From: Ascidiella aspersa
Taxonomy: Eukaryota
Assembly (NCBI GenBank): GCA_963924565.1
Contig: OZ004607.1
Coordinates: forward strand, 36,642,001-36,706,000
Direction of reading: 5' to 3'
Length of the DNA stretch: 64,000 bases
Below the pieces are notes generated by a model, which saw only the letters and a list, made by a program, of their open reading frames with translations, was not told the DNA's origin and made no database searches. A program made the position numbers and the translations under genes. This document shows positions 25,329 to 38,779 of this stretch, one piece after another; position 1 is the first letter of the stretch, and each line of letters begins with the position of its first letter.

Positions 25329-26113
25329 CCAATGGTGACGGAAGATGACAAGTTCGCGGTACCTTGCTTGGCGCCACTGTTTTCGGAGCGATGCTTTAGT
25401 GCGTTTTCTTTGCGTAGGAGATAACGGATCGGCGTAGCGGTTGCCGCAAAGCAAATATTGTTGTGTGCAGCTTAGAGGTTTAGCTTTTTATATTGCACGC
25501 TTCTACACGGCCAGTCGGCGCTGTAGACGAGACAAAGCTGGGAGTATGCACCTGATCCGTCAGAAATTAGTGGAGCTCTAAGCAAAAAGGTCTACGACAA
25601 GTGCGTCCAAGGGCAGGAGAGTCTGACTTTTAGACCTTGAGGTCTTGGACAATGCACTAATTTGACTTAACAAATCTGCATAAAAAGATTACGTTTACTA
25701 AACTGCACCCTAACCCAAATATAAACGATTTAGGTCCTGATACATCAATGTGTGACGTAACAATCCTAAATACCCTGGACGAGAAATTATATTGTGCCCA
25801 CCCGAGTTTGAGCTTTTTCCCAGCATTTAAATAATTATAAAATCAACGCACATTCTGAGTATGTATACTTGTATAGCTGAGTCGAGATTTCACACGGGGG
25901 TCTAATCGAATCTTCCAAACTTTGCAGCATTCTTTATCGATTATATTTTTCTCTTATTTATTTAAAGTCGTGTTGCTTAATTTCAATTTTGGGTTTTCAT
26001 AAATTTGATCCCAGCTATTTACCAATTCTGCACTAAAGTTTTTGAATTTGTAAATCCGTGGATGAAACGCGCATGCATTAAAATCAGGTCAAAGGTAATT
26101 GTGTGCAAGGTCC

Positions 26114-26312
26114 GAACGTTTCGAATCAAGTCTTTATTCATTTGCAACATTTCTTTATTTATTTTCAACATTTCTTCATTAATTTTTAACATCTCTTTAT
26201 TCATTTGCAACATCAGAAAAAAGAGATATTCAAAACGTTCAAAATGATACCCGTATACTTCTGTATGGGCTTAGATATCTTTACTAATGCAACCTTTAAC
26301 CTTTATGCTCCA
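26114..26312. mobile_element. Family G MITE right arm with an internal 21-bp tandem repeat x4
   Basis: tctttattcatttgcaacatt-type units followed by ...cttctgtatgggc...tatgctcc. Confidence 0.72.
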
Positions 26313-27220
26313 AATCCCTTTTAACGATTTGACAAATCCGCCGCAAAAAGGGTCGCAGCAGCTAACTGGAAACGCGTCATTCTAATGATAAAACCCCGGC
26401 CCAGACCCTAAATCACACATTTGGCGTAAATGCCTAAATCGCTATACAGCTTCGTCAAACAAAAATGAGCTCAGTCGGGCATTTTACGACCGCGTCTGGT
26501 TGCCCTTTCCACGTTCGTCTATTACATTTCAAAGCCTTTTAACCTTTGCAAAGGAAGTTAATCAAAAACGTGCGTGTTTTACAACGGCGTCATTGCGTGA
26601 TATTTAAATGGCACGCGTAGATGCTGGACGGCGGTCGTATTCGCCCCCATAAACTCCGTTTTGCCACGCAACGAACTCATATTAATGCCAACGAGCAGTA
26701 AAAATGATTAATAGCAATAAAACATTTTTTGTGAAAATTCAGATTAGAACGTGTATTTTAAGTATCACAACACTGAAAGACGTTTTTGTGTGCTTTTAGA
26801 CAGTTTGATGCAGAAGCAGTTCAACTTATCTGTTTTATTTTATTGCACTAATCAAATAATCAATCTGCATCTGTCCGCATGAGAAACATTTATTCATTTT
26901 CAATTTATGAACCCAGAAATTTAGCTGTCTTCAAACTGGGGTCTGGGAAGGAGTTTTAAACAACATTTTTTTTTCATTTTAAAGCTTATGTAGGCCTACA
27001 GCAAGTGTGGTTTGTTGTATAAAGTGATTTGTATAGATTAAGATAAATGCCGTGATGGTTAAATACTTCTTTATATGTGTGTGAGTGTGTGTCTTTTGAG
27101 AACAGGTTTCATATTACCTTGATCCTTAACATTTCATGTTTTGAAAGTTGATAGTGCTTTCATTACCTCAAGAAAGCAAAAGGGGTTCGCCAGCTGAAAA
27201 AGTTTAACAATCGCTTGGGT

Positions 27221-27348
27221 CAGGGGTTCCTAAACTTTTTTTTTTGTTTGCTTCGCGTGGACCACGGTACTAGACTGTAACGTTTCAATTAGGCCGTCAT
27301 GGACCCCATAAAACTATTTCACGGGGGGTCCAGTTTAAGAACCCCTTG
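27221..27348. mobile_element. Short family B MITE
   Basis: caggggttcctaaact / agtttaagaacccctt ends. Confidence 0.72.
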
Positions 27349-27353
27349 CTTAA

Positions 27354-27522
27354 GGCCGATTTACACTACAGCTGCGCTGAGCTAAGCTTGATGCAATTGC
27401 CTTTGTACTATGGAGCTGCACGGGGCTTGAGTTTAGCAAAGTGTGTGAAACGCTCGCCACAATAGAATCCAAATGCAAATTACGCCTTGCTTAGCTCAGC
27501 GCAGCTATAGTGTAAACGGGCC
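27354..27522. mobile_element. PIF/Harbinger-like MITE (family K)
   Basis: TIR ggccgatttacactacagctgcgctgagctaagc / gcttagctcagcgcagctatagtgtaaacgggcc; TAA on the left flank. Confidence 0.78.
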
Positions 27523-27536
27523 TTTACACTCTAAAT

Positions 27537-27688
27537 CAGCGGTTCTCAACCAATGGGTCATGGCTCACTGGTGGGTTTTTTGTTCTAAACCTATTATAAA
27601 GTTTTTTCTTTCATAAAAATTCTACTGGGCCACAGAATTTTTTTGCACCGTAAATGGGCCACGAAAGAAAAACGGTTGAGAACCACTG
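27537..27688. mobile_element. hAT-type MITE (family E)
   Basis: TIR cagcggttctcaacc / ggttgagaaccactg; perfect TSD CTCTAAAT. Confidence 0.9.
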
Positions 27689-30600
27689 CTCTAAATCGTC
27701 TCTATCGCGTCGTTGGTTAAGGGTTCGTCTCCGGTGCGTTTCAACCTTCCGTTTGGCGCAATCGTTTTATTTACATTTCGTGCGCCGCTCGTCCGCTGCG
27801 TCACAAACGCCGCATTGTCACGTCACGAATCGTGCGTCGACTTTGTCTCGCGCATTGAAAGGTCGCCAGCAGCGAATGACAACCGCGTTCGCACTTGCAT
27901 TTTTGCATTCTAACACCAAAGGGCATTGCAACCCTTGGTCCAGCAATGCATTTGCAAACAGCTGCGCTGAGCACTGCGGTCTGATGTATCCACAAGCAAA
28001 GGCTTTGCCCTTTTGCCAAAGATTACATTACCCTAGGATAGCAATGCATCTGCAACCGACTTGCGCAGTGCTTTTCAACCTTTAAAAGAACCGTTGGCAC
28101 TTTTCTATTTCGAAAAATTTTCATCCGCACGATACAAGAAAAGTAAGTTCGCACTAGTTTTCCCTATTTGTGAAATAAGAATTGAAGGGTTTGTGTGTTA
28201 CAACCGTGAGTCCGATATCAAATGGAGCGCCTAAGCTGCATTGAACCACTGAGAGACTGTATTACTATTACTGTACCCGTAACGCACAAGTTGGCGCACC
28301 TGATTATTCGATTATTGTATTGCATATAATGAAAAACAATAATATCCACCACTTTCATGTGCACATTTATCCGCACGACGTTTGTTATGCGCATAGCGAT
28401 TTTTTTAATCCGCGTACCACCCCAAAGCACTAGACTAGCGTATTGGTGTACTAACACCACTTCTTTTTATCCTTCACTTGCGAATTACAGAGTTTACTTT
28501 AATAACTGGCGCCGGTAAATTTTCAAGTTGTCGAACAATAACACATTTTATTATGCTGTTTTTTTATGTTTTAAATAAAAACATATTTTAACGAACTTTA
28601 CAAAAAAATATGACTTTCTTGTTAAGCAGTGCGAGTTTTTTTTACTTTTATGCAAGCATTGGCTTCATAGGTTGATTATCTGTTGTGCGTCGCCGCCCAG
28701 TAACACCATACGTGCGGGTCTAAAGACGTCAGAAACAAAAATGTGCCGTTAAAAAGACAGGAAAACCAGTTACGCGCGGCAGGGTCAATCAAGTCGTGCC
28801 TGCGTCAAACGAATCGAGAACGGTGCCATTGTCCTTTGCAAAAGTCGCGCTTTTTCGCGCGAAGTTTGCCGACAAAAGCGTTGGTCCTGTACCGAAGCGA
28901 CGCCTGGGGTAATCCCCTGTTTTACAACCGCCAGCTGCTGAGAGAGTAGACTGTTGTTGTCGGAAGAAGCCGAGAGTATGCGCTCTCCTGCTGCGTAACA
29001 GCGGGCGAAGTGTGAAACAAAACATCGGCCAACGCGGCGTCGCGCGACTTTCGGCGCAATTGACGTCACAATACACTTTGTGTAAATGCGATGACAAACG
29101 CGATCGAGATTCGGAACCCTCGCTCGCGTGTCTACGTGATTCGCGCTTGCCTGTGCAGAAAATGCGAATGTCGGCAAAAACACGTCGTTTCTCGTGAAAC
29201 GGCATTCATCAGCGGATAACTAGGCCACGTCGATGCCTTAACTAGAGACCAGAGAGGTCCCTGATTGCTAGCATCTGGAAGCACACAATTATTTGCGTGT
29301 TTTTCGTGGCCACTCACTTTTCGCTACGAATTTCCGTGCTGAAGTTCGTTTAATTTTCGTTTGGTTTTTGTGCTTTTAGTGTGTATTCTTTAACGAAAAA
29401 AAGCGCAGATGTACATTTTTACTCTATGTCAAAATTACACTTGGTACAAAAAATGTAAACCGCGTGCATTTTTCTTTCCTGGCATATAGCAATGGGTGCT
29501 GTGTAGGTTTCGCCCAGCCGCCTCACTGCTGGCTATATAAAAATGTAAAACGAAAAAAAATCAAGACTCTATTCAAGGAATAATTATTTGCCTCTTACAA
29601 CTTCCTATAACGTCACTATTCGGTGTTCAATTCCATACTGTTGCTCTTTCACATGTAATTATAAGTTATAAAAGAACTGCGATACGACAGCAACATTACA
29701 CCACTACGAAAAAAGTCGACCAAGTATAAAAAAGAGACAAAAAAAATAAAATAAAAAAATTCGGCCAAGTTTAAAAAATCCAAGAAAAAACATAAATAAA
29801 TCGAGTATTGATATAGTGTAATACTCGTGCCCAGTCTGAGTACTCGATTCATTCTGTGAGAAGCTTTTAGCAACTCCCATTCACAACCGATAGTGTCCCT
29901 CCCACAACACACCCCTTTTGCCTTTGCGTAAATGACAGACTTACCCTCGTAAACAAGGTCTTCAAGATGTCGTCAGCCAATTATGACGAGGGTTGTCATC
30001 TGGGTTCGAGTTACATGTTTTTTGCATCGAGTCGTCGCTTCGTCTCAAGCCCGTGATTAAACATTCCATCAATATTTATTCGCCAAGATGTCAATTGGGC
30101 CTCTTGTTTAAAACTGTAAATATTTATAACGGTTTGATTTGTTTGTCATCGCGAACTAAATGGGGATTTTTGGGGCGCAAAAATAAAATACCCAATAAAT
30201 AATTAATTGAAAAATCCTTCAGTATTTATCCGCCAAGATACACGTGATTAGGCGATTGCAGAAAAGTCTGGCATCGTTGCTACAGGTATTCGATAATATC
30301 GGGTCGGAGCCGATCTCATGATATTGAGTGAGTATGTAGCATCGATGACCACCCAATATTAATAAAGTCCTTTGGTCAGTGTTTTCTTCACGAAATTTTC
30401 ATACAGAGCTTATGTTGGTAAGCATTAGAATTTTAAGTCTGAGTTCGCATTTTAAATTAATTACAAACTTTGTGAATTAGTATAAAAATTACCAACATTT
30501 TTCTCACCTAATGTACGTGGCCTAATCTGTTTTTTTTGTACTTATACATGTTTTCATTACTGTGTCATGATTATTTGGCGAATCTTGATCAATAGCTAGT

Positions 30601-31520
30601 TATAGAGATACGCGAGATCAAATTTGACTGCGCTAATCATCGTGAAATGCTGCGCAAATACGCAGTTGTGCACGTGTTTGGCCCACAACTCGAAAATCGA
30701 CATTTCGACAGTGAAGATAGCAGCTAAGTAGTAACAACGATTTAAAGTTAGCAGGTTATTTTAGTCTAATCACCGTCTTCCCTCATTCGCAGCCAATTGG
30801 AACCTAATGGTTAAGATTAATTACAGCTCGTTAATCGATCTCAACTTGCTTATTGTACGTCGTTATTCGCGGACCTATAATATGTTTTGATGTGGCGCTT
30901 TTAATATGCTGGCATTTCATCGGGCAGCCACTCAAAGCCCAAAACATCGCGCTTGTTGTAGGAACATATAGATAAACGCGGTTCTAACAGTCAAAAGGCG
31001 ATCGAAAACAATTTAATGACGAAAAACGAAACTTTTCTTTCTATACTATTATAGGGTTGGGTGATCGCGTTTTATTCCTATACCGCTACCCTAAGTTTGA
31101 GAAAAATGTTGGCCCGTTCGATGCGAAAAATGCAGAGTAAGCAATATTGATAAATTGAAATGTAGAAAGGAAATATTTTTCATGCTATTTGTCAAAATTT
31201 GTTTTTGCATTGGGAATTTTTGGTAAACTTTGATTCTTCGAAAAAGTACCGATACAACCTCTCTACATCAACCGACCACACATGTCCCAAAAAGGAAGAA
31301 GGCCGACCTACGAATGAGATCAAACCGGGCGTTTTTCACTCAACCAAACAAAAAACATCTTGAGGCTTTTCGCCTGTTGCAACAAAGCACAACAAGCAGA
31401 AACTGCTACCGCTGCGATGTTTACGCGCTGGAAGCAGCAGCTACAGCAGTAAATAGCGGCAGGAATATCGCAAAAATATGTGCACTGAGCGCGGGCGGCT
31501 TCGCGTGCTGTGTCGAGTGG

Positions 31521-31924
31521 CAGGGTTGCCAGATGGCCAAAATAAAACAGCCAAACTTGCCTCCAAAAAAGCAAAATCTACTACAAACTCTAACAAGCCT
31601 ATGTTTTTCCTGAAATACATCAAAAATGCAATGAATGGTCATGTTGGTACATTGAATTTCTCTTTTTGTAAATTTTTACTGGCAATTTCTCTCTTTTTGT
31701 GATGTTTTTGGCAATTTTTCTCTTTTTGTGTTAGTTTGATCTCTCTTACAATAAATTTGTGAGTAAAACAATAAAAGTCTCAACAAAAGAAAGCCTCAAA
31801 AGCCTCAAAAAAGCCGCAAAATTGTATTTCATTTTGATTTTTTTTTGAAAAAATAACTCCAAAGTGGGTTAAAAAAAGCCTAAATTTCCAAAATTGGCCT
31901 AAAAAATCCCAACTGGCAACCCTT
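31521..31924. mobile_element. MITE with CAGGGTTGCCAG termini
   Basis: cagggttgccag / ctggcaaccctt; AAAGCC-type subterminal repeats. Confidence 0.72.
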
Positions 31925-32240
31925 GTGTGGACGAGCCCTCTCCAGTTCAGCTCAGCTCAGCCTGCCAAACGCCAACTCCTCCCGTGACGTTTGTTGCGTG
32001 TGTGCGGCGGCCGTGCGCGCGCCTCCGGTCGTTCTCTTTCCACGCGACGCGCGGCCTTATCGCGTCGCGCACTAATCGGCGCCTGACGTCATGCGCATTG
32101 ACAGAACGCGTCAGAGCCGGGGCTGCGGGTTGTAATTCGATATTAGGTGGAAGAAAGCAATTCGCGCTGGCCGCGACCAGTCGACTGAGGCAGGCGAGCT
32201 TGCTGGCAGCGTGGTTGGCGGCTCTTGCTTGCTTGCCATG

Positions 32241-32765
32241 TAAATAGCTTTAATTTACGCTTTGCCAACGTCTTGAGGGCTCCGTTGAAACGTCAGGGTC
32301 ATTGTGTAATCGCTGGCCAAGTCCTCGGCCACTTGAAAGGTGTTTTTTCTGTTTTAGTCAGCGAAATGTTAGGAAGTTGGGACAGAAATGGTATTTGCGG
32401 TACAAATAGTTTTGTTTTGTGCCTTGTCAACGTCTTGAAGGCTCCTTTCAATGGCCGTGGACTTGACCAGCCACAACTCTGACTCTTTAAAGGGGTGTTT
32501 TTTTTCTGTTTTAGTCAACAGTAGTCAGCTTTTACTGAAGGATAGTTTTTTAATGAAGGATAGTCGAGCCGAAATAGGTTTTGCCGTGCAAATAGCTTTG
32601 CGTTTTGTCAACGTCTTGAGGGCTCCGTAGGAGAGTCAGAGTTGTTGTGTATTCGCTGGTTAAGTTTACAGCCACTTGAAAGGTGTTTTTTCTGTTTTAG
32701 CCAGTAGTTAGCGAAAAGTTAATCGTTTTTTTTATAAAAGGTATATTGGCCAGAAAAAGAATTTG
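32241..32765. repeat. Diverged tandem triplication (~165-190-bp unit)
   Basis: aaatag...caacgtcttga.ggctcc...aa.ggtgtttttt.ctgttttag occurs three times. Confidence 0.8.
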
Positions 32766-32804
32766 TGCCTTAAATGGCAACAGTTTTCCTTAAGGGTAAT
32801 GTTA

Positions 32805-33010
32805 TGGAGCATAATGGGTGGAGGTTGCAATAAGACATAATAGAAATATCAAAGACCATACAGAAGTAGGGTCATTTTGAACGTTTCGAATAACCTACTT
32901 CTGTATGGGCTTTGATATTTATTCTACGTTTAACTACAACCTCCAGCCATTATCTTAAGGTTTATTCGAAACGTCCAAAATGCTACCTACTTCTGTATGG
33001 GCTTTGGTGT
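32805..33010. mobile_element. Family G foldback MITE with both arms
   Basis: ggagcataatgggtggaggttg...catacagaagtagg / cctacttctgtatgggctttgat...caacctccagccattat. Confidence 0.8.
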
Positions 33011-35440
33011 TAGTTATGGTTATGTAAGTTGAGGAAAAAGAGATAAAAAGTGACTTGATTTGAATCATCATTTGTGAATTGAGATTTATCAAATAAAAAA
33101 GGTCGTGAAAAACGTTGCACTATATGTCAAATGTCAAGGTGTGAAAATTTTCCAAATGGGGATTAAATCAGTTTGCTTTTGAGATATTAAATAATTGACT
33201 GGGGTTTCGCACGTAAAACTAAATTGCCATCTGTGGAATATTAAGCGATAATTAATCGACGAAGATCTGCTCTTTTAAAGATAAATTTTATTGGAAAGGT
33301 ATAAGATGCAAACGTCTATGGGGCAGTTCAATTGACAACTAAAAGAATAGTAATTTATTGATCGAATATAACCTTCGAAAGGAATATCACCTTGTATCAC
33401 CTTAAAAACGTTGTACACCTGTAATATGACTCGACCTTTTAGGCGTATGTTGAGGCTAAAACCGCAACAGTTGTAGGTTATAATTTGCAAGACAGGGAAC
33501 TTCATGTAAGAGATCAAAAAAAAAAAAACTTTATGAATTAAAGAAATACCGACAAAGAGTGACGACCTCAGTGAGTGTATTTGCGCATAGATTTAAATGG
33601 GAATCTCGCTAGAGCTGTGAGTTAAGTGCGGCGGTGTCTGGGCGGTTGATGAGATTTCGAGAGTGTTTGCTGGCTTGACGTCACACGTCACGTGACTTAC
33701 GCGTCACGGCGCACTTCGTCGACTCCAACAATCGATAGGAAGTCAGTTGGGAAGCCACGGTAGGTCGGGGTTAGCGACAGACATCACTGAGTTGCGCTTA
33801 GAATTGTGGAAATGTGCGCCCGGCACCAGCCAACCGGCGCCATCAATGAGAATCTCACTAAGAATTTTTGACACCCAAATTTTTCTTTTTTAACCGTCTA
33901 AACGCCAGTTTTTGACTGTTTTTTGATTGTCCAGACCAGTTAAACGCCAAGTTAACATCAGCTGGCTACGATTTACTTCCCAATTCAGCGGTGAAAAAAA
34001 TTGCTTTACAATCTCAACCATAAATTTAACAAAAGGTGGGCAAAAGAAACGTCTGCTTAAAAGCGGTTCTGTAAACTCCCAAGAACATCAAATAATGGAG
34101 CGGAAGGATTGTTAAAAGAAACAGCCCGGTTCTTGGTAAAGTACCCCTTTTCCCAACCTTTAGTTTGTACTCGATTTAATGGTACAACTGCTGCAGCTTG
34201 CTGAACGAAAATTTCTCGCAGTCGCGGCCTTGGCTGCAACTTAGCCCAGCTAAATTGGCTCTTGGTAGCAAAAGGGAGTCTAGGAGTATGTGCCGCCTTT
34301 CAATCGACCGTTGAGAACGACGTGGTTTATGTCATGTGTCAAGCAAATGGCACTGCACTTTGTCGAATGACGTCGGTCTGATTCCTCAGGGAAAAAAAAC
34401 AGGCCGACACGTCGTAGAAACAAGCCATTGCCGAGATATGGGATTGATTTATAAGGTGGCGCTCAATTTTACATCCTAATGCGTGATTCAGCTCTTTCTT
34501 CCCTTTAGGCGTTAACGACAGCAGTCACCTAATCGAATATTCGCTGACGCAAAGCGGGTCCCGAGTTGATGTGACATTTCGTTCTGGTCGTTTTTGGCAG
34601 TTTGTCTACGCAAGTCGATCCCATTGCGTGGCCAGCGCTGGTCTTTTGCAGCACTCTGCGGGGTCGTACTGTCAGAGTGACGCCTTATATTCAATTAGCG
34701 CAGCGGATGGCTGCTGTCATTAGGTCGACAGGGGCTAAGAGAGCCTCTTTTCTTGCCTTGCTAACTAAATAACTGAAAGGCGACGGCTGTTCGGTGATAA
34801 GCTGGCGAAAAAATATCCGCGCCGATGTTACGTCAGAATGGTGCATTGTTGCGCAACTGATCGATCACAATGGGCGATGGTTTCGTTGGGTGTGACGGCT
34901 CAGTAACCGCAGTCAGTAAAACAAAATAAACGCTTTGTTTGCTTTTGTCTGTATTTACTAGTTTCCCTCAGTATCGTTTATGATTAAAAAACACAAAGCT
35001 TTGATATAAACAATGGGGGTAGCCAACCGATTGTCACATTTTAACTGGCCGATCGCGTCGAATATGTGTTACGTCATTACACAGTAGCTGTCGCACAAAA
35101 GCGGAACATTAAAATTACCAATTGTTGTCTGGACAAGCCTTGTTAAGCGTTCTTTGAGGTAGCAAATTAACCTCCATCGCTGGCTTGGAATGCAATTAAC
35201 GCCTTAAAATGTTTAATAGTGTTCTTGTGACTTTTTTACTGACCAGTCGATCGCAATCAAACATAAGTTGGCTACATCTAATAAAAAAAAGGGGTCCGAC
35301 CCCCCCTAGCGACCCCGGAGATCGGGTAAGTCCCAGATTTCGAAGGCGAGCTGTCAATGCAGGAGAGATTGCGCTTGAAAAGGAAGCAGCTGTCAGTGCA
35401 TTGATTTACCAATCCGATTGCTTCAATTCTTTGACTAGAA

Positions 35441-35555
35441 CAGGGGTCGGGAACCTATGGCTCGCGACAAAAAGTACTATGTGGCTTTCATGGAAATACA
35501 ATTAAGAATTTTTGGCTTTTATGGCTTCCTTAGATAAAAAGGTTTCCGACCCCAG
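35441..35555. mobile_element. Short family C-like hAT MITE
   Basis: caggggtcgggaacc / ggtttccgaccccag; flanks GACTAGAA / GATTGGAA. Confidence 0.72.
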
Positions 35556-36002
35556 GATTGGAAGATTAATGGCAACCAGTCATGTTTAAGTAGGCCAAAA
35601 TGTGGGCGCTTTGGGGTCTTAGTCGAAAACGTCGATCAATCTCTAGTTAAAGGGGCACAAGCAGGTGTTCATTATCGGCAACCAGCTGCTTAACGTACGC
35701 ACTACCAAATGTGTTTTTGCATTCGTCGGCTGCTGTTAATGGCATATTTTCGTTACGTGTTGTGTCACCGCGATTAGCCGATTTTTGAATAACACAAAAA
35801 CAACGACAACAGCAGTGAGCATGGTAAAAAGCCAGTCATAAGATAAAACGCTGTCCTAGTGTGAACCAATGTTTTGGCAGCTGGTTTCAGCTAAACCTAA
35901 TTAGGTTAAATAAATAATTAACAAGAGAATACGTTAACCAGCTTACGAAGTGGTAAACCTTAACACTCTGCAAGAATATCGATAGAACTTAACAGTGTAG
36001 CC

Positions 36003-36432
36003 CAGTGTTAGTAATGACTGAAGTCAAGCCTTGACTTAAGTGCATTTAAGACACTGTGTTTACTTGACTTAAGACCCAATTCTTTTGGGAAAAATTAGTT
36101 CACTTGACATTGACTTGATCATTTGGACAAAAATTGGGTTATTTGTATTCAGTTTTTTTCACGTAAAGCTGTTTGCTTGCTATATGTTGCGTTTTGCTCT
36201 ATTTTTTTTACTTAAGTTATTGCTCATAATCGGAGGAATTTACCAATTTTAATACTTTAACGTTTTGGACTGACTGGCCATTGACTTGCTCTGATTATGG
36301 CTTGAGTGGAACTTGTTAGTTTTTCGAAAATACTTGGTCTGGACTTAGTCATACTCAAACAAATGACTTAACTTTGACTTAAGTTATTTTACAAATGACT
36401 TTACTGTGACTTCTGACTTGTTTACTACACCA
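36003..36432. mobile_element. MITE with TGACTT repeats (family J); partial re-duplication at 36545-36630
   Basis: cagtgttagtaa / tttactacacca ends; flanks GTGTAGCC / GTGCAGTC; many gactt units. Confidence 0.6.
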
Positions 36433-38779
36433 GTGCAGTCTACAAGATGCTGTGACGCGAAAACTAATGTTCCCATGAATTGTGCAATCTGACAAAGACA
36501 GAACTGTAGCACAGTGGTAGTGGGAGGCAGGTCGCAGCAATCCTTGGCTTGCTCTAATTATGACTTGATTGGAACTTGTTAATTATTCCAAAATACTTGA
36601 TCTGAATTTAAGTCATTTACAAACAACTGCTATGAAAGATCCGAACAGTGATACGGGAATTGACATTACGTGTTCGGTAAGCTAATGACTTAAATAACAT
36701 AGTGTTAGTTGGAGGCGGGTTGCAGCAATCCGGGCAGTGCACTAGCGGAAGCGGAAAAGATAGCAAAAACGGGAGGCTCAACGGCGGAAGCTACGTAGCG
36801 TTACGCGATTGCCAACCGTCGCTACACGCGTCACATCAATTCCCAACAGGCAATAGCTAAACAACCAAGCTGCTGCGTTCAGTAAGTGAACACAACTGTA
36901 CAAGTACACCTATCATACAATAAGTTGCCCTGTCTAACCGTTCATTAACTGAGTTACGCAATGTGAGGATCCGCGAATTCATCGGCACTTTAACGATTTC
37001 AGACAGTCTACATTATAAATACTACAGTATCTTTTTAGATTGTGAAGATCGTTTAAAAAACTGACCGATGTGTTGCATTATAAATATATGTACAGACGAA
37101 ATCAAACATTTAAAAATGCATGGAAAGTATTTTGCTGTTTATGTCTACTATTTGTTGTCAACAAGGTTTCTTTTTATTTCAGTTAAACATGATTATAAGC
37201 ATGGAGCTTTTTGTAAAGAAATACTCAGACATATAATTTACCTTTGAAGCTGATTGAAACAGTTATTAGGTATGTAAAAGCGTTCTTCTTGTGCTATATA
37301 AAAATTACACCACACATTTGGCTTTAGAAAGAGGTCGCACTTAGCCCTTATCATTTCGCAGCTAGAGAAAAAACAAAACGCTTTAGAGCGGTATCGTTGA
37401 AAATTGAAGAGCGGACCGATTCACACAAAAGCGTCAACGGCGAAACTCCCCGATCGCCTGTTGAGGTTTGCTGTGGTTTATTTGTTGCCGCGTCCGGCCC
37501 AACCGGTAGAAACACCGGTCTCTTTCTCAGCTTACGTTGCCTGCCTGGCAGGATATTACGGCGGTGGCGGCGTCGGCAGAGATACAAAGAACTGCTGCTT
37601 TTGTTGAACACGCAATATCTACGTAACAGCGGGAGGCGTGCCTTGATGCTGCTTCTGTTCCTGATGCTTTGTAGCTGCTGAGAGGATTGCTGTTTTAAGG
37701 CTATGTTGTCTGCTGGGTGTTAATTGGAACAGGCGCCAGGAGCCGTAAAAATGCTCGTTACTTTTGAACGCGACTGAAACACTTAAAATACTTTCATAAG
37801 TAAGAAATCTCCCGCAGACAATAAAATGTTAAAGAAATATTCTTGCGTTCGTATCAGATGATCTTGAGACTGCTTATAAAAACAGGTATAAAACATAAAA
37901 TAATTTCTTAAAACTTTGCGGTAATATATATTTCGCCTTATAAATAGGCGATCATCAGTTTCTTATTCAAACAGAAAAAAACTGCAATACCTGTTTTTAT
38001 AAACAGTCTTAAGATCGAGTAAAACATTTTAATTAAAATATCTGGTTAAGACCTTTAAAATATAGAAGTTAGCTACGTTTTAAGTGATGAGGTCATTATG
38101 AGTTGTAATAATAGATTAATTGTGTCTTGCGATTGAAACACAATCTGAGAAACTTTAAATATTTCTGATTTATTATTTGTGGATGAGCAAAGATTTCATT
38201 TGACGAAGTCCTTGAAAATATAGACTGTTTACAGTTTCAGCGATCAAAAGAGTTTCAGTATGTTTAACTGTGTCGCCATATACTGTACATGTAGTTGTTG
38301 CAATTCTCAAACCGGCTCATTTTTGAAGGGCCTCTTCAGTTTAGGTTATTGTGGCTGTGCCATGCCAGTTGTGTTCTTGTTGTCTCTTGTAGCAGCAGAG
38401 TTAAACCGTTGACATGTTTGTGTGCGCCAGTTAAAAATGAAAGACAACCTAGATTATAATGCGTTACAGATTGTTCGGCTATCGCACAGAGATTTTTTGC
38501 GTTTTCCACTGATGAGAAAACTTTTGCGTATTCCACTGATGATTCGAAGCACTTTTTGCGTCGATATACGACTGAAGTACTGTCGATGATAACAGGGTAT
38601 CATTAAAGTAGGGTGTGTTTTCTGTAGTGGTACAAAAAGACCGAAACTCGCAGTTTCACTGTACACGTGTTACCCGAAAGGGAAAAAAGTTCACTGTCCA
38701 TGCACCCAATAGGCACCGCCGTGCTTTTTAATTTTTGGCCTTATCCTTTGTGTGAACTCGGTAATCTCCCCTGTAAGAG

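Noticed and set aside
25503-25590. Ordered short similarities to 5S rRNA (acggcca, gcacctgatccgtcaga, ctaagca)
   Set aside because: Spacing is wrong and no C box or 3' half is visible; would need an Infernal RF00001 hit
33275-33517. Minus-strand ORF with LQIITYNCCGF, like the start of a LINE APE endonuclease
   Set aside because: The following LQET motif is missing and there is no other support
36732-36752. GGGCAGTGCACTAGCGG, resembling miR-34 (human SIK2 lies near MIR34B/C)
   Set aside because: No complementary 3' arm; similarity is limited mostly to the seed
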